From a virus (taxonomy: Duplodnaviria > Caudoviricetes), in IMG/VR virus record IMGVR_UViG_3300025033_000033, positions 1 through 41,400 of that record: 41,400 bases of DNA; one strand, written 5' to 3'. Below, piece by piece: positions 25,546 through 36,365 of this stretch. The translations under genes and the position numbers were made by a program. Every line of letters begins with the position of its first letter. The stretch's first letter is position 1. The notes beneath the pieces were generated by a model that made no database searches, was not told the DNA's origin, and worked only from the letters and a program-made list of their open reading frames with translations.

Positions 25546-28500
25546 ACTGGCGCATTCATAAGCTTAACATCACCAATCCAGTACATTGCACCGTCTGCGT
25601 CAGTTCCACTATCGAGTATAGCTAGGTTAAAATAAGGTAACTGGTAGCCGTCATACAGTGGATTTCTAGCTGGTAAATGCGTATAGAATACAGAGTTATA
25701 GATGTTACCATCACCGTAGCCAAGCTCAGGAACATCAACACCATTAATGTAAACTCTTAATGATGTGTTTGGGATGTAGACTATTTCTAAATCAGTTGGT
25801 GAAGTTAATGCCTTTGTAACTTCACTTGAATAAGCACCTACAGCCACAGACTCAGGAGGCATTGAGGCATAAGAGTCACTTGGCTTAGTTACTGAGCTTC
25901 TTACTCCATAGCTAAATGCACTGCCTGTTCCTCTAAACTGTATTAATATAGCGCCTTGGCTATTATTTAGTCCATTCCCCATTCCAATGATAAAAACATC
26001 ATCATTGTTTGCGCTGCCACCAGGTAAAAATCTAACTTTCAGTCTACATTCTGTATCGAAGTTTAGGAACCCGTAAGAAAATTGACTTTCTGGCGCTAAC
26101 TCAACTCGACTAAATTTACTTCCAGCGCCTGCACCAGCTAGTGACACGCTAGTAGCCTTGTTATTATTAATCCCTGTAACTGTAACACCGTAGCTTACCG
26201 ATTCTGATTTAAATGCGTCATAGCCAACCACATTTCTATATAGATAGTCATTACCATAGGAATCGTTACCAGCAAATACAGTTCCACGCCCAATCCTCAT
26301 TCCTTGGCTAGAATTAAAAGTAATGTTTGCATCGCTAAAACCAAAGCTAAAAGCGCCAGACGAGTCAACCCAGAAAGCATAATCAGATCCATCATATGCA
26401 TTTAGTATTAAAGGATTTGATGATTCTGAAGGTACGCTAACAGCGCCCATCGTTATCTCATAACCTGCATTACTGCTCTTAATTACGCCACTTGCACCAT
26501 CTAGGATTATCCCCGTACCTATATCAACTTGAACCGTAACTGTTCCTGCTGTTATTTTTGCTGCTGTTATGGTATTTATCTTTGCGTCAGTAACAGCTAG
26601 GTCTTGAATGGCTGCTGTGCCTACTGCTAAATTTGCAATCTTAGTTGAAGTAACTGAGCTATTCGCCAACTTTGCAGCATCGACAGCTAATGCGGCTAGC
26701 TTCTCATTTGTAACAGCACTTGCCTCTAACTTTTCAGCATTGATAGCATCGTCAGCTATCTTTGATCGACTAACAGCAGCAGCAGCGATTAGAGCCTCAC
26801 TAATAGAGCCACCTTCAAATTGAGATTGAATAAATGCTGAGCTAGCTCCGTCAACTGTAGCCCAAGGCCCAAGACCGTCCACATCAATAGCTGCTAATTG
26901 CTTGGTGGTTACTGCGACACTTGACGAGCTACTACCTACGCCGAACTGATCGACACTTGTCAATCCAAATCTATATTCTGTTCCTTGAGCTAAGTTTTCA
27001 ATTGAAACCGTATTACCTTGAACGCGCAAAGGCGTCGAAGTGAACGGATTGCCAGTGCCTTGAACTAGATAGAAGTCAACACCAACAAAGTCAACGTCTG
27101 TAGGCAAATCAAACTTAACATTGAACGAGTTATAGCCGATCTCTGTAGATATTCCAGTAACAGCAGCCGGAGCAGGGTTTGCAACATCAAATCCAGACCA
27201 CGTAGACGAATGACCTGTACTAGCTACAGCTTGAACTTCTATATAGAATTGACGAACTGGACTTCCACCTGTATCTTTTTTGTTTTTATCAAAAGTGTAG
27301 GTGTATATATTTTCTTTGATTTCTTCTTCTCGAAGAATCTCTCCTGCCTTTGATCGTCTAATTCTGACGTTGTAACCTTTAAGGTGCAGGTCTTCTACGC
27401 CATTCATTGACACAATGCTGCCAGCATTTAAAATAGCAGATCGCTTCCATTTGAATTCAGCATTAGGTGACTTCCATTGATTCCAATTCTCGTTGTTATC
27501 AATTCGATTGACCAGCTCAAGACCTTTTACAGTCGGCACTTGGATTTCGATTGGTGGAACATCATTTCCACCAGCAGATTCATCTGGATTCTTTGTTATA
27601 AGAGGGACAGTGTGTTCAACAGCAGAAATACCACCTGCCGTACCCTGTGTATTGTATGCTCTTGCTCTTATTTCATAGGTGTCACCAAGTGCGGTAACTT
27701 CTACAGTGGATTCATTTGTTAAACCATATTTTGCCGGATACCAAGCGGTTTGTCCTTTTATTCTGTAATCGAAAAAAGCAAAACCAAATTTATTATCGAC
27801 AGCAGTTGCAGTCAACTCAAGGGTAATCTTGTCACCCTTTGGACTATCTGGAAAGTTTATTTTCTGGTTGATGTTTATAACCGGAGATCCAGTATTCTCA
27901 ATAATATCTTTGCCAGCAACAGGCGAGAACGCAGGATCTTTCTTGACATAGAAAGAGCCAGAGCACTTTGCACTATAATCCTTTCCAGCTTCAACCCTTC
28001 CGCTTGGAAGTAATGGCGCAAAGTTATCGCCAGATACAGTTTTGTAAGATCTATCACCATTTTCTTTCGGTCGCTTATTTACCCCTGATATTTCAGACCA
28101 ATTACCAACTCTTGCCTTTACTGCACCACCAGCACCAGACAGATTTGGTCTTGGTGATGTTATATCTGTAATAAAGCACAACACAGCTCCCGGCCACCCA
28201 AATCCACCTGCTCCAGCCGCATAGTCAGTTCCAGCGACACCAATAACCGCTACGCTTGGGTCATTATCACTGCCAGATACATCTATACATTCTGCGTTAT
28301 CAAAAAACAAATTATTAACACAAAATGCTATGCCTCCGCCGCCAGATACCGCATCTCCTCCAGCATACAATCCTTGATTAAGTCCAGCAGAATTTCTTAA
28401 TCCACCACCAGCTCCACCGCCGTTACCAAACAGTTTTGTGGTTGTCGGTAGTTTTGAGATTGATCCATCACTATTAAGTGACGGGTAAAACTTCTCAATA

Positions 28501-30533
28501 ACTGAATTAGAAGCGCCAATTAATCCTCTGCCTTCCCCAGGATTCTGCCTAACGACATACCTGTCTGGGATCTTGAATGGGCCAAAACCTTTCCATTTTA
28601 TCGATGTCTTCATTCCCTCTTGGCTTGAATCTTCTCCTCCGAAATAACCTTTACCGCCGATAACTCCACCTGACTTTGCGTTTATTTTGCCAGTATTAAC
28701 TATCGTAAAGTCTTTGCACCCGAACCAAACAGTGCCAAGCGTGGTTAGAGTTATTCCGTCAGCTATCTTAATGTCGCCAAAAGAATTATGCAATAATGTT
28801 ATTGAATCTCTTGATCCTATTGTTTGGTTTTGATCAATAACAAAAGTATTTTCATCTGGAGTTCCAGACACGACAGACTCAATTGCAGTCCAGCCCATAG
28901 CACCGTAATCAACATCTATGGAATTAGACCCAAGATCGAAATCAATAGGTGTTGCTTTGCCCGAGCTTCCAAACAGATCAAGATCCATTGTTCCTTCAAG
29001 GAAGTTCCAAGAAATACCTTGAACCTCGAACGACATATTCAGGTTTCTATCTGATATAAAGTCAGGTTGATTTGCTAGATCTAGCTTTATTATAGATCCG
29101 ACCTCAAGCATTATCGCACTACTCATTAGCACTGATACAGTAGGCTTTATTTGAGGCTCGCTGTATCTTGCCCTTATGCCCTCTGCAAGCGATGATATAA
29201 TAGCCTGACTATCAGTATCTCTATTTCTTATGCCTTTTATGTTTATATCTAGCGTTTCAGACCATATATTGTTTCTTGCAAAACTGTCAGCATCTATGTA
29301 GCCATTCTCTCTTGCGTATTTTTCTTCCTTCCAATCCCAAGACCAATTAACCCTAAAAACGTTTCTTATTGCCTTTGAATTTCTCAGGATTTCTGGGGAG
29401 CTTAAAATAGATTCATTGTTTATCGTGATCTCGGCTGGGGCGTCATAAGGTATATCTGAAAATCTTTTAAGATATAGTTGACCATCCTGATCGATATACA
29501 TGAATAGGTTGAATGGCTTCAAGCATTGCTCATATATAAATTCTTTCGCAGAATCTTCTTTCAGCCCAATAAATTGAAGATTAAAATCCCATAGATCTCC
29601 GCCAATTTCTTCAAATGATGGTGTGTTTATAAAAACAGACGATACGCCTGCATTCCAGTTGTCAGGTAATCGCTTTCCTGCGTCACCATACAGACTGCCA
29701 TTCATTATCGCCAAGATCATTTTAGGAATATTAAGGTCTAAATAAATAAATTCCTCAAGCTCTATTGATCCACCATCCTGACTTCCAGCTAAGTCTATCT
29801 GTCTTGTGCCAAATAAAGCTCTTCCATCAACTACAAATTTATTTGAGCCAGTCTTTCCTGACCAGCGGATAACCTCAAGCGCATCATCTCCATTTGAGTC
29901 TGTTCCGGAAGCAACGAGATAACCAACCTCCCTTCCTGGCGCATCAACCCAATTGCTATCATGAAACACGGCATTGAAGGCGGCGTTATCTAAAACCTCA
30001 ATTTCTTTTGTTGACGTAGGTGTTGCATCGGCGAAGCCGATACCTTTGACCAAAGTTGTTTTTGACTTAGATCCAAAAACCTTCTGCCGAATAAATCTCT
30101 GAGTATCACTTGTCTTGAATGTGTACTGATTTACATCTTGGTTTACTTCATTTATGTATTGCGGCGGAAGAGATACGTAATCTTCAAACCGAATGTTCAT
30201 TAATCCGTAATGAAATATAACCTTGTTGTTATTAAGGGTATCATTAAATGATGATAGTAAGATGCGTTGAAAATCAGTTAATCCTTGGTCAATAACAGTG
30301 AAGGTGTAATCACCAATTGTTGACTGGCCTCTTTCTGGCGTTATCTTCTGAGATCCGCCAGTTGCAGATACTATGCACTCATCAAACCTGTGAGATCCAG
30401 CATCAACTATTTTTATTCGCTTTGACGTAGTAAAGTAAATGTTTCCATTTTCATTTTGAACCTCGATAACTAACGCTGGCTCTCTGCTGTTACTTACATT
30501 TGCAGCTAAAAAACGATCACTAATATTAAGCAT
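25542..30533 (-). CDS. Large tail tip / central fibre (host-specificity) protein
   Basis: 1663 aa downstream of the tape measure; hub-like N-terminus, Gly-rich region, FN3-like domains, about 10-aa A(V/I)T..KIA repeats. Confidence 0.8.
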   Translation of the reverse strand: MLNISDRFLAANVSNSREPALVIEVQNENGNIYFTTSKRIKIVDAGSHRFDECIVSATGGSQKITPERGQSTIGDYTFTVIDQGLTDFQRILLSSFNDTLNNNKVIFHYGLMNIRFEDYVSLPPQYINEVNQDVNQYTFKTSDTQRFIRQKVFGSKSKTTLVKGIGFADATPTSTKEIEVLDNAAFNAVFHDSNWVDAPGREVGYLVASGTDSNGDDALEVIRWSGKTGSNKFVVDGRALFGTRQIDLAGSQDGGSIELEEFIYLDLNIPKMILAIMNGSLYGDAGKRLPDNWNAGVSSVFINTPSFEEIGGDLWDFNLQFIGLKEDSAKEFIYEQCLKPFNLFMYIDQDGQLYLKRFSDIPYDAPAEITINNESILSSPEILRNSKAIRNVFRVNWSWDWKEEKYARENGYIDADSFARNNIWSETLDINIKGIRNRDTDSQAIISSLAEGIRARYSEPQIKPTVSVLMSSAIMLEVGSIIKLDLANQPDFISDRNLNMSFEVQGISWNFLEGTMDLDLFGSSGKATPIDFDLGSNSIDVDYGAMGWTAIESVVSGTPDENTFVIDQNQTIGSRDSITLLHNSFGDIKIADGITLTTLGTVWFGCKDFTIVNTGKINAKSGGVIGGKGYFGGEDSSQEGMKTSIKWKGFGPFKIPDRYVVRQNPGEGRGLIGASNSVIEKFYPSLNSDGSISKLPTTTKLFGNGGGAGGGLRNSAGLNQGLYAGGDAVSGGGGIAFCVNNLFFDNAECIDVSGSDNDPSVAVIGVAGTDYAAGAGGFGWPGAVLCFITDITSPRPNLSGAGGAVKARVGNWSEISGVNKRPKENGDRSYKTVSGDNFAPLLPSGRVEAGKDYSAKCSGSFYVKKDPAFSPVAGKDIIENTGSPVININQKINFPDSPKGDKITLELTATAVDNKFGFAFFDYRIKGQTAWYPAKYGLTNESTVEVTALGDTYEIRARAYNTQGTAGGISAVEHTVPLITKNPDESAGGNDVPPIEIQVPTVKGLELVNRIDNNENWNQWKSPNAEFKWKRSAILNAGSIVSMNGVEDLHLKGYNVRIRRSKAGEILREEEIKENIYTYTFDKNKKDTGGSPVRQFYIEVQAVASTGHSSTWSGFDVANPAPAAVTGISTEIGYNSFNVKFDLPTDVDFVGVDFYLVQGTGNPFTSTPLRVQGNTVSIENLAQGTEYRFGLTSVDQFGVGSSSSSVAVTTKQLAAIDVDGLGPWATVDGASSAFIQSQFEGGSISEALIAAAAVSRSKIADDAINAEKLEASAVTNEKLAALAVDAAKLANSSVTSTKIANLAVGTAAIQDLAVTDAKINTITAAKITAGTVTVQVDIGTGIILDGASGVIKSSNAGYEITMGAVSVPSESSNPLILNAYDGSDYAFWVDSSGAFSFGFSDANITFNSSQGMRIGRGTVFAGNDSYGNDYLYRNVVGYDAFKSESVSYGVTVTGINNNKATSVSLAGAGAGSKFSRVELAPESQFSYGFLNFDTECRLKVRFLPGGSANNDDVFIIGMGNGLNNSQGAILIQFRGTGSAFSYGVRSSVTKPSDSYASMPPESVAVGAYSSEVTKALTSPTDLEIVYIPNTSLRVYINGVDVPELGYGDGNIYNSVFYTHLPARNPLYDGYQLPYFNLAILDSGTDADGAMYWIGDVKLMNAPV

Positions 30534-31203
30534 CTAATACCTCTGAGATAGAATACTGATAGTTATATTTGTTTATGTAGTTATTACCTATTCTATCTCT
30601 CGATCCTCTATTTGCCATTGTTACAGTCATTTCCCTATCATCCTCGTCAAGATTTGTGTGAATGAAATCTTCTTTATTCATAACCGATGACCTGAACATC
30701 TCGAACTCCTCTGTCGATACCTCATCATTAACACCGACAAACTTAACCTCACATGAGTAAGTGTTCTTCGCATTGAACAAAGATGAAACTTCCCTGCCTG
30801 AAAGCGACTCTGACTGCATTGTTCTATCTGATGGAGACTGATTGAACTGACTCAGTGTTAATTGTATTGCATATTCAGAATAAATATCGAGATCTGAGAT
30901 CCAAACGTTTCTACCAACAGATGCTGTTGCGTATTCGAAATCGTTATCATCATCACTCTCAGTTAGATTGACAATGAACGAATCACCAATGATGTCTTCA
31001 TAAGATATTCTTCTCCATTCATAGAAATCATTCTGGACAAGAATAAAACCAGAGGTTGGAGTTGCTAAAGGAATTGTCCCAGATTCAACAGTGATCTCTG
31101 TAACATCATTTACAGTTAGCGCAGTTGCCAGCTTCAATTGATTTTCTTGAGCTGGCTTAATTAGGTTTCTTTTTGGATAAAATTTTACTGTCGTGTTAGA
31201 CAC
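30526..31203 (-). CDS. Putative distal tail protein
   Basis: Position between tape measure and tail tip; beta-rich, 225 aa. Confidence 0.6.
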   Translation of the reverse strand: MSNTTVKFYPKRNLIKPAQENQLKLATALTVNDVTEITVESGTIPLATPTSGFILVQNDFYEWRRISYEDIIGDSFIVNLTESDDDNDFEYATASVGRNVWISDLDIYSEYAIQLTLSQFNQSPSDRTMQSESLSGREVSSLFNAKNTYSCEVKFVGVNDEVSTEEFEMFRSSVMNKEDFIHTNLDEDDREMTVTMANRGSRDRIGNNYINKYNYQYSISEVLDA

Positions 31204-33862
31204 TTAAAGCCCTGCCTTGTGCTGATTCTGGGTTGATGATTATACCATCATTATCAATGTAACTTGATATCGCCTTAGCTATATCTTCTGGAGAAGCTGT
31301 ACCAGAAGTTACATTTATCGTTATCTGTCTATTATCAGTATTGCTAGTCTGCTGTGACGAAACTCCACTTGCTGACGGAGCAGATGGTGCGCTATAGTTC
31401 TGCGATTTTGCTTTTGCGAATTGTGCTGCACCTGTAGCAGCGGCGGCTGCTGCGTTTATTGCTTTTAGTGCAAACGGCATCCCAGGCTCAGCAAAAGCGC
31501 TCATTATCGCCAAGCCAGTCTGAAGCGCTATGCCAGCAATGGTGTATCTCTTGTTTGCTTCAAATGCAGCCTCAGCATTTTTCTCTTTTGTCTTCCGCTC
31601 CTCATCAGACAAATCTTCTGAGGTGCTCAATTCCTTATCAAGTTCTTGTTGTCTAATTGATGCTAGAGTACCAAACAAATCTGTGAATGCCTTGGCTGCA
31701 TTCCCTATCCTACTTATTGTTTCTATCAATTTCTCCATTGTGGTCATCTGATCCCACATGCTTTTTTTGATATTTTCAGTAAGCGCAGCTAATTCATCAG
31801 CTTCTTTTTTTCTTAGCTGAGACTTTATTATTTCTGCTTCAATAAGTGATGTCACGTTTGCATCAATAAATCTTCTTTCAGAATCATATCTTTCTTTTAT
31901 AAGCTGCTCTTCTGACTTTAATGAGTCTTTGATGGATTGAAGTCTATCTCTTCTCTCATCTGCATCTGAATTCTGATTCAATGCAGAAAGACCATCTTGT
32001 AGCTGCCTATTTATCTTTAAAATAAGATCAGCTTTTTGTTTTTCATCATTAACTAATGCAGCAACTATTTCTTTTCGTTCTTTCGACTGAGCAATTAAAG
32101 CCTCTCTTTCGCTTCTTAATGAACTTATAAGTTTGTCTAGGTCATCCTGATCATATTTAGCCTTTATACCAAGTTTTTCATCACGCTGGCGAATCAACTC
32201 AGCTATTATCTTATCTGCTTGTGCTTTTACTTGTGCCGATTCAACTATGTCCCTAGCTTTTCTTAGCGCATCAATTCTGTCATTATATTCTTTTTCAATT
32301 TTAAGCTTTTCAAATGTCTTGTACTTTTCTGTATCTATTAGTTTATTCGCCGCTTCAATTGTTTTTCTTGATATTTCTCTTTCCTTTTCTGCCTGCTTGT
32401 TAAGTAATTGATTCAAATATTCGACATTACTTCTTATCTGTTTAGCTATAGTTTCTTGTTCGGATATTATCTGATTTAATGTTTTTCCGCTCTGATCACC
32501 TATCCCATCTATTATAGTATCGCCAGAAACACCAAGGTTTGATAAACCTTCTATTGTGCTCCCAAGATCAAAATATTCTTCTTTAAGTTTTTTTATTACA
32601 TCTGTCTGCGTATGTATTTCACCAGAAAGCTGATCAAGCGATAGCGCATCTGGAAATGTCCCAGATGCAGCAACAACTGCGGAAAGTCCACTAAATGATT
32701 TTCTAGCTTGCTCTAGCTTCAATATTAATTCTGCAACGGCAAAAACTGCAAGAGCTAGGCCGCCCGCTGGATTGGCAAAGAACAAAAACGCCTTTGCAAG
32801 CCTAGTAGCTGCAATTGCAGCAAAAATAGCAGCCCTTCCAGCAGCCAATACTCTTATTGTAAACTTCACCAAGGCAACAACACCGAAAGATAATATTGCA
32901 ACACCTACGGTCTGCATCGCTGATGCAACCTTGTCAGCAAATGAGTCGAAATTCTGAGCAAGGTCATCTATTCTTAGTGCAAGTCCAGAGGTAAATCCAG
33001 TCGCATCATCCACGGCTCCTATGTAGTTTTCCAGAGATGCTTTTAGATTACCAAATGCTTTCGCTACAGTTACATTGACGTTTCCATATTGGTCATTAAC
33101 AGTTTGAAATTGAGATGCTAAAGCTGAGAGAAGCATATCAATATCTCCAAGACCTTCTTCAGAGAAGGTTTTTAAGATTTTAATGGCAGTCACACCAGAG
33201 GCTTCCATGTTTCTAAATTCATCTGAAACCTCTCTTAATCCGTTTGCAAGAACATCCCTTAATCCTGGAGCTTGTTCGAAAATGGAGTTTAATTCTTGCG
33301 AGAATCCTGTTGTAAATCCAGATGATATTATCTGCGTAAACTGACGTAACGCACCCTGTGCTTCCTGAGCATTTGAGCCGCCAATCTGAATTGCCTTGTT
33401 TACCGTCTCTGTTATCCTAAAAAGTTCTTCTTGAGACACTTTTGTTCTATCAACAGAGCTTGCAAGTCTTAAATATAAGTTTGCGTTTTCTTGCAGGCTG
33501 GTTCTAGTCTTTAATGAGACATCAACCAATCTCTTCTGAACATCAGCAAGCTTTTCACCTTCAACAAGAGTGATGCGCAATTTGTTTTGAAGCTCGTTGA
33601 AGTCGTCGGCTAACTTTATGCCGGTAATGATGGTCGCAGCACTTGCTATTTTTGCAAGCAATCCGCTCATGGCGTTTAATGATCTATTAACACCTATGAT
33701 CTTGCCGTTTAGATTTGATTGGTTGCTAGAAAGCCTGCTTGTTGAAGATGATGTTCTATCAGTAGCGCCTGCTGTTGCATTAAGCTTCCCAACAAGCGCA
33801 TCTATTTGCCTCTTTGCATCTGAAGCATCAACTGTAACTTTAATTTTTTTTTCGATAGCCAT
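31196..33862 (-). CDS. Tape measure protein
   Basis: KIKVTVDAS start, tape-measure domain (ALRQFTQ, QELNSIFEQAP), hydrophobic and coiled-coil tracts. Confidence 0.92.
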   Translation of the reverse strand: MAIEKKIKVTVDASDAKRQIDALVGKLNATAGATDRTSSSTSRLSSNQSNLNGKIIGVNRSLNAMSGLLAKIASAATIITGIKLADDFNELQNKLRITLVEGEKLADVQKRLVDVSLKTRTSLQENANLYLRLASSVDRTKVSQEELFRITETVNKAIQIGGSNAQEAQGALRQFTQIISSGFTTGFSQELNSIFEQAPGLRDVLANGLREVSDEFRNMEASGVTAIKILKTFSEEGLGDIDMLLSALASQFQTVNDQYGNVNVTVAKAFGNLKASLENYIGAVDDATGFTSGLALRIDDLAQNFDSFADKVASAMQTVGVAILSFGVVALVKFTIRVLAAGRAAIFAAIAATRLAKAFLFFANPAGGLALAVFAVAELILKLEQARKSFSGLSAVVAASGTFPDALSLDQLSGEIHTQTDVIKKLKEEYFDLGSTIEGLSNLGVSGDTIIDGIGDQSGKTLNQIISEQETIAKQIRSNVEYLNQLLNKQAEKEREISRKTIEAANKLIDTEKYKTFEKLKIEKEYNDRIDALRKARDIVESAQVKAQADKIIAELIRQRDEKLGIKAKYDQDDLDKLISSLRSEREALIAQSKERKEIVAALVNDEKQKADLILKINRQLQDGLSALNQNSDADERRDRLQSIKDSLKSEEQLIKERYDSERRFIDANVTSLIEAEIIKSQLRKKEADELAALTENIKKSMWDQMTTMEKLIETISRIGNAAKAFTDLFGTLASIRQQELDKELSTSEDLSDEERKTKEKNAEAAFEANKRYTIAGIALQTGLAIMSAFAEPGMPFALKAINAAAAAATGAAQFAKAKSQNYSAPSAPSASGVSSQQTSNTDNRQITINVTSGTASPEDIAKAISSYIDNDGIIINPESAQGRALSV

Positions 33863-33893
33863 AGAGATGCCCAATAATATAATTCGTCATCCA

Positions 33894-33903
33894 ATTATAT
33901 CAT
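33894..33903 (-). promoter_or_regulatory. Extended -10 promoter motif ATGATATAAT (tape measure gene)
   Basis: Exact motif; its TGA is the stop of the GT-like chaperone. Confidence 0.65.
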
Positions 33904-34225
33904 TTTTGGGCAGATCTATTCTTTTCTCTTTGCTTTGCGCAATGTGTTATGTACGTATCATCAATGACGAACGCTATTGCAGCTAAATCCCTGACTGGGA
34001 CTGGGGACGGCCTGTATTCAAGAAGCTCCTTAACATCTCGCCAAGTCAACTTTTTAATAAGCCCACTCATGTGATCAACTTCGCGGGCTTCTATTGTTGA
34101 GTAGTACCATCCAGCACATAAATCAACAAGATCATTTGATTCTGGTTCTTTTAACATTCCAGACTTAATTAGCTTGTCGATTGCGTGCTTCTTCTCAGAT
34201 GCAACAAAAAGCTGATGACTTACTA
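33900..34225 (-). CDS. Tail assembly chaperone, -1 frameshift extension (lambda T-like)
   Basis: The -1 frame is open from the slippery site as VVSHQLFVASEKKHAIDKLIKSG into MLKEPES...; IDDTY motif. Confidence 0.8.
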
Positions 34226-34591
34226 CTTTTTTGCAACTTCTCGTGATTCTTCAATCTCTTTCTCACGATCACCAGCCATCTCAATTGACTTCCAGTAGAG
34301 TACCATGAGCAAGTCATCGTAATCATCATGAGTTAGATACTCAACTGCTGTAGCATCTGAATACTCAAGCTTTTCACCGTCATCAAAGTACATATCATCC
34401 CAGCCAACAACGTGAGTTTTTACAAACTCTTTTTTCTGACCAGAAGACAACATTGTGTCTTTCATGCCGTTTGTATACATTGCGAACGAAGTCATTATCT
34501 CCTGAGACATTGGCTTCACCTTGAAAGTGACTCCATCAAACTCAACATCTTTTGCACTTCGATCTTTAAAACCAGTTTTAAGTTTACGCAT
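34223..34591 (-). CDS. Tail assembly chaperone (lambda G-like)
   Basis: ATG 34591 with GGAG; VVGWDD, LEYS motifs; ends AKK. Confidence 0.85.
   Translation of the reverse strand: MRKLKTGFKDRSAKDVEFDGVTFKVKPMSQEIMTSFAMYTNGMKDTMLSSGQKKEFVKTHVVGWDDMYFDDGEKLEYSDATAVEYLTHDDYDDLLMVLYWKSIEMAGDREKEIEESREVAKK
34226..34232 (-). other. Programmed -1 ribosomal frameshift site A AAA AAG
   Basis: GCA AAA AAG TAG at the end of the G-like gene; the -1 frame joins the downstream ORF. Confidence 0.85.
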
Positions 34592-34607
34592 ATTTTTCTC
34601 CAAAAGT

Positions 34608-34632
34608 AAAAGGCGTACATTAAGTACGCCTT
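34608..34632 (-). terminator. Intrinsic terminator after the tail tube gene
   Basis: AAGGCGTAC-ttaat-GTACGCCTT then TTACTTTT. Confidence 0.7.
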
Positions 34633-34652
34633 GCATTATATATCAATTAATT

Positions 34653-35837
34653 TTATGGTGCAGCGATGAAGTTGAATTCAACCGCATAACCTTCTGGCGT
34701 ACCAACAGCACCAAATGTACCATTGTTTTGCAGTGTCTCGCCATTGCCAGTATTGTCTCGTGTGAGCTCTGTATACTGAACTGAAGGCATGTTTACAACA
34801 AGATAGTTTCCGTCAACATCTTTAAACGTTACGCCAAGGCCAAACAACGTCTCATTGTCACGCTTATTAACTTCAGAATCCGCTGTTGTGGTATTCGTTC
34901 CATCAACATAAGACACCAAGCTGCCAGTAACATTTGACTTATCAAATGAAATTAAGCAAGCGCCTTCCTTGCCAATTGCAGGCTGACCATCTGCTCCGTT
35001 CTCAATAGAGAATGAGAAGTCGGTATAGCAAATCGATGCCATGTCAGCAGGAATACCATCAACCCAAAACTCAAGCACATCTTTTACCGATCCAGATACA
35101 CGAGACGTATCAACTGCATTGTCAGTTGATCCAGCAATCTGAGCGATCCCAGAAACTTGACCAAGGCCAATCATGTCGTAAGTTAATGTTACGATTGACT
35201 CTGTTGTAAGATTCACATTAAGAGAGTTAATTTGAACACCCTCAAACGTTTTATAAATTGTTCCAGAGTCTGTTGGGATTCGCTTTTGAATAGCAAAGCC
35301 TTTCTCGAAGTTTGAATTTCGATATGACTTGCCTGTCAGTGTTGCGGATACCGTTTCATCCACGGGGGCAGGAGAAACGTTGACGTTATCGTCATCCACG
35401 ACACTTGTAATTCGAAATACTCGATTGTTATTTGCAGTACCGAAAGCACCAACGAACTGACCGACAACTGCGTTAGCAAAAGCACCAACCTGACTAATTG
35501 ATGAAGTCGCGTTGGTGAAAGTTGTAGATCCTGTAGCGCTTACGACGGCTGCTGAATCAGCTTGCAGCGCGCCTTGAACAAAAGACTCAAGTAGTGGATC
35601 AGCGACCGAAAGTTCAGAGTCGATAGAGCCTGAAACATCGGAGCCAGTGATAATGTTATATCCTGGCTGGCGAGATGTTGAAACCATCTCGCTTTGGGTG
35701 AATGACTTCTGTATGTCAATATCGCCACCAGTGCGTCGAATTGAACTCCAAGTCGGTGTTGCTGGAACGCCAGCAGAAGGGGTAGACTGTTCTACTGCCC
35801 AAAATGATACGGCGTTCCCCTGTATAGAATTTGGCAT
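34653..35837 (-). CDS. Major tail tube protein
   Basis: 394 aa beta-rich; TPTW..IRRTG, SE..S.RQ, VSGSI..E; position before the chaperones. Confidence 0.85.
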   Translation of the reverse strand: MPNSIQGNAVSFWAVEQSTPSAGVPATPTWSSIRRTGGDIDIQKSFTQSEMVSTSRQPGYNIITGSDVSGSIDSELSVADPLLESFVQGALQADSAAVVSATGSTTFTNATSSISQVGAFANAVVGQFVGAFGTANNNRVFRITSVVDDDNVNVSPAPVDETVSATLTGKSYRNSNFEKGFAIQKRIPTDSGTIYKTFEGVQINSLNVNLTTESIVTLTYDMIGLGQVSGIAQIAGSTDNAVDTSRVSGSVKDVLEFWVDGIPADMASICYTDFSFSIENGADGQPAIGKEGACLISFDKSNVTGSLVSYVDGTNTTTADSEVNKRDNETLFGLGVTFKDVDGNYLVVNMPSVQYTELTRDNTGNGETLQNNGTFGAVGTPEGYAVEFNFIAAP

Positions 35838-35870
35838 TTGTAGCCCCTTTTATTAAATTAAACAAACTCA

Positions 35871-35880
35871 ATTATATCAT
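35871..35880 (-). promoter_or_regulatory. Extended -10 promoter motif ATGATATAAT (tail tube gene)
   Basis: Exact motif; its TGA is the stop of the upstream gene. Confidence 0.65.
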
Positions 35881-36365
35881 ATATACCTAACAACAAATGG
35901 ATACCGGATTGTCTTCTCGTTCCACTTATTGCTACCGGATGCTCGCATAACGCGAACAATGTCTTTTGGTGAATCTTGTTGTGAGTATATCTCGCTGTTG
36001 TCACTACCTCTGAGCGTCTTGTTTAGGTATATCAAATCAAGCGCTGGCTCAATTATTGTTTCTACTGCTTTGGAAGACTTGCTGTTAGGCCAATACACGC
36101 TGAAATCGACAAATACAAGCGTTCTCTTATGCTTATTGACACCATCGGTTATGCTTGAGTTGAATGTAAGCGCCTCTGTAACAAGCATTCTAATCCAATA
36201 GTCATCAGTGGGCTGTGATGGGGTCTCTGTGAAGCTATTCATATCAAAGTATGAAGCGCCAATATCAAGAGCGCCATTGTGATAGCCATCTGGAAAGTGA
36301 CAGATATAAGGCTCAGAAAAACCCTCGACAAACAACTGTGTTAAATCTTTCTTGAAAGTCTGCAT
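35877..36365 (-). CDS. Putative tail terminator protein
   Basis: Synteny immediately before the tail tube; YWIR and P.VVRY motifs. Confidence 0.6.
   Translation of the reverse strand: MQTFKKDLTQLFVEGFSEPYICHFPDGYHNGALDIGASYFDMNSFTETPSQPTDDYWIRMLVTEALTFNSSITDGVNKHKRTLVFVDFSVYWPNSKSSKAVETIIEPALDLIYLNKTLRGSDNSEIYSQQDSPKDIVRVMRASGSNKWNEKTIRYPFVVRYI

Noticed and set aside
26540-26790. Repeats in the tail tip gene as a DNA repeat array or diversity-generating target
   Set aside because: The repetition is at protein level with divergent codons; no reverse transcriptase or template repeat seen
29192-29201. Plus-strand ATGATATAAT inside the tail tip gene
   Set aside because: Antisense and explained by Ile-Ile-Ser-Ser codons; no downstream gene, though an antisense promoter cannot be excluded
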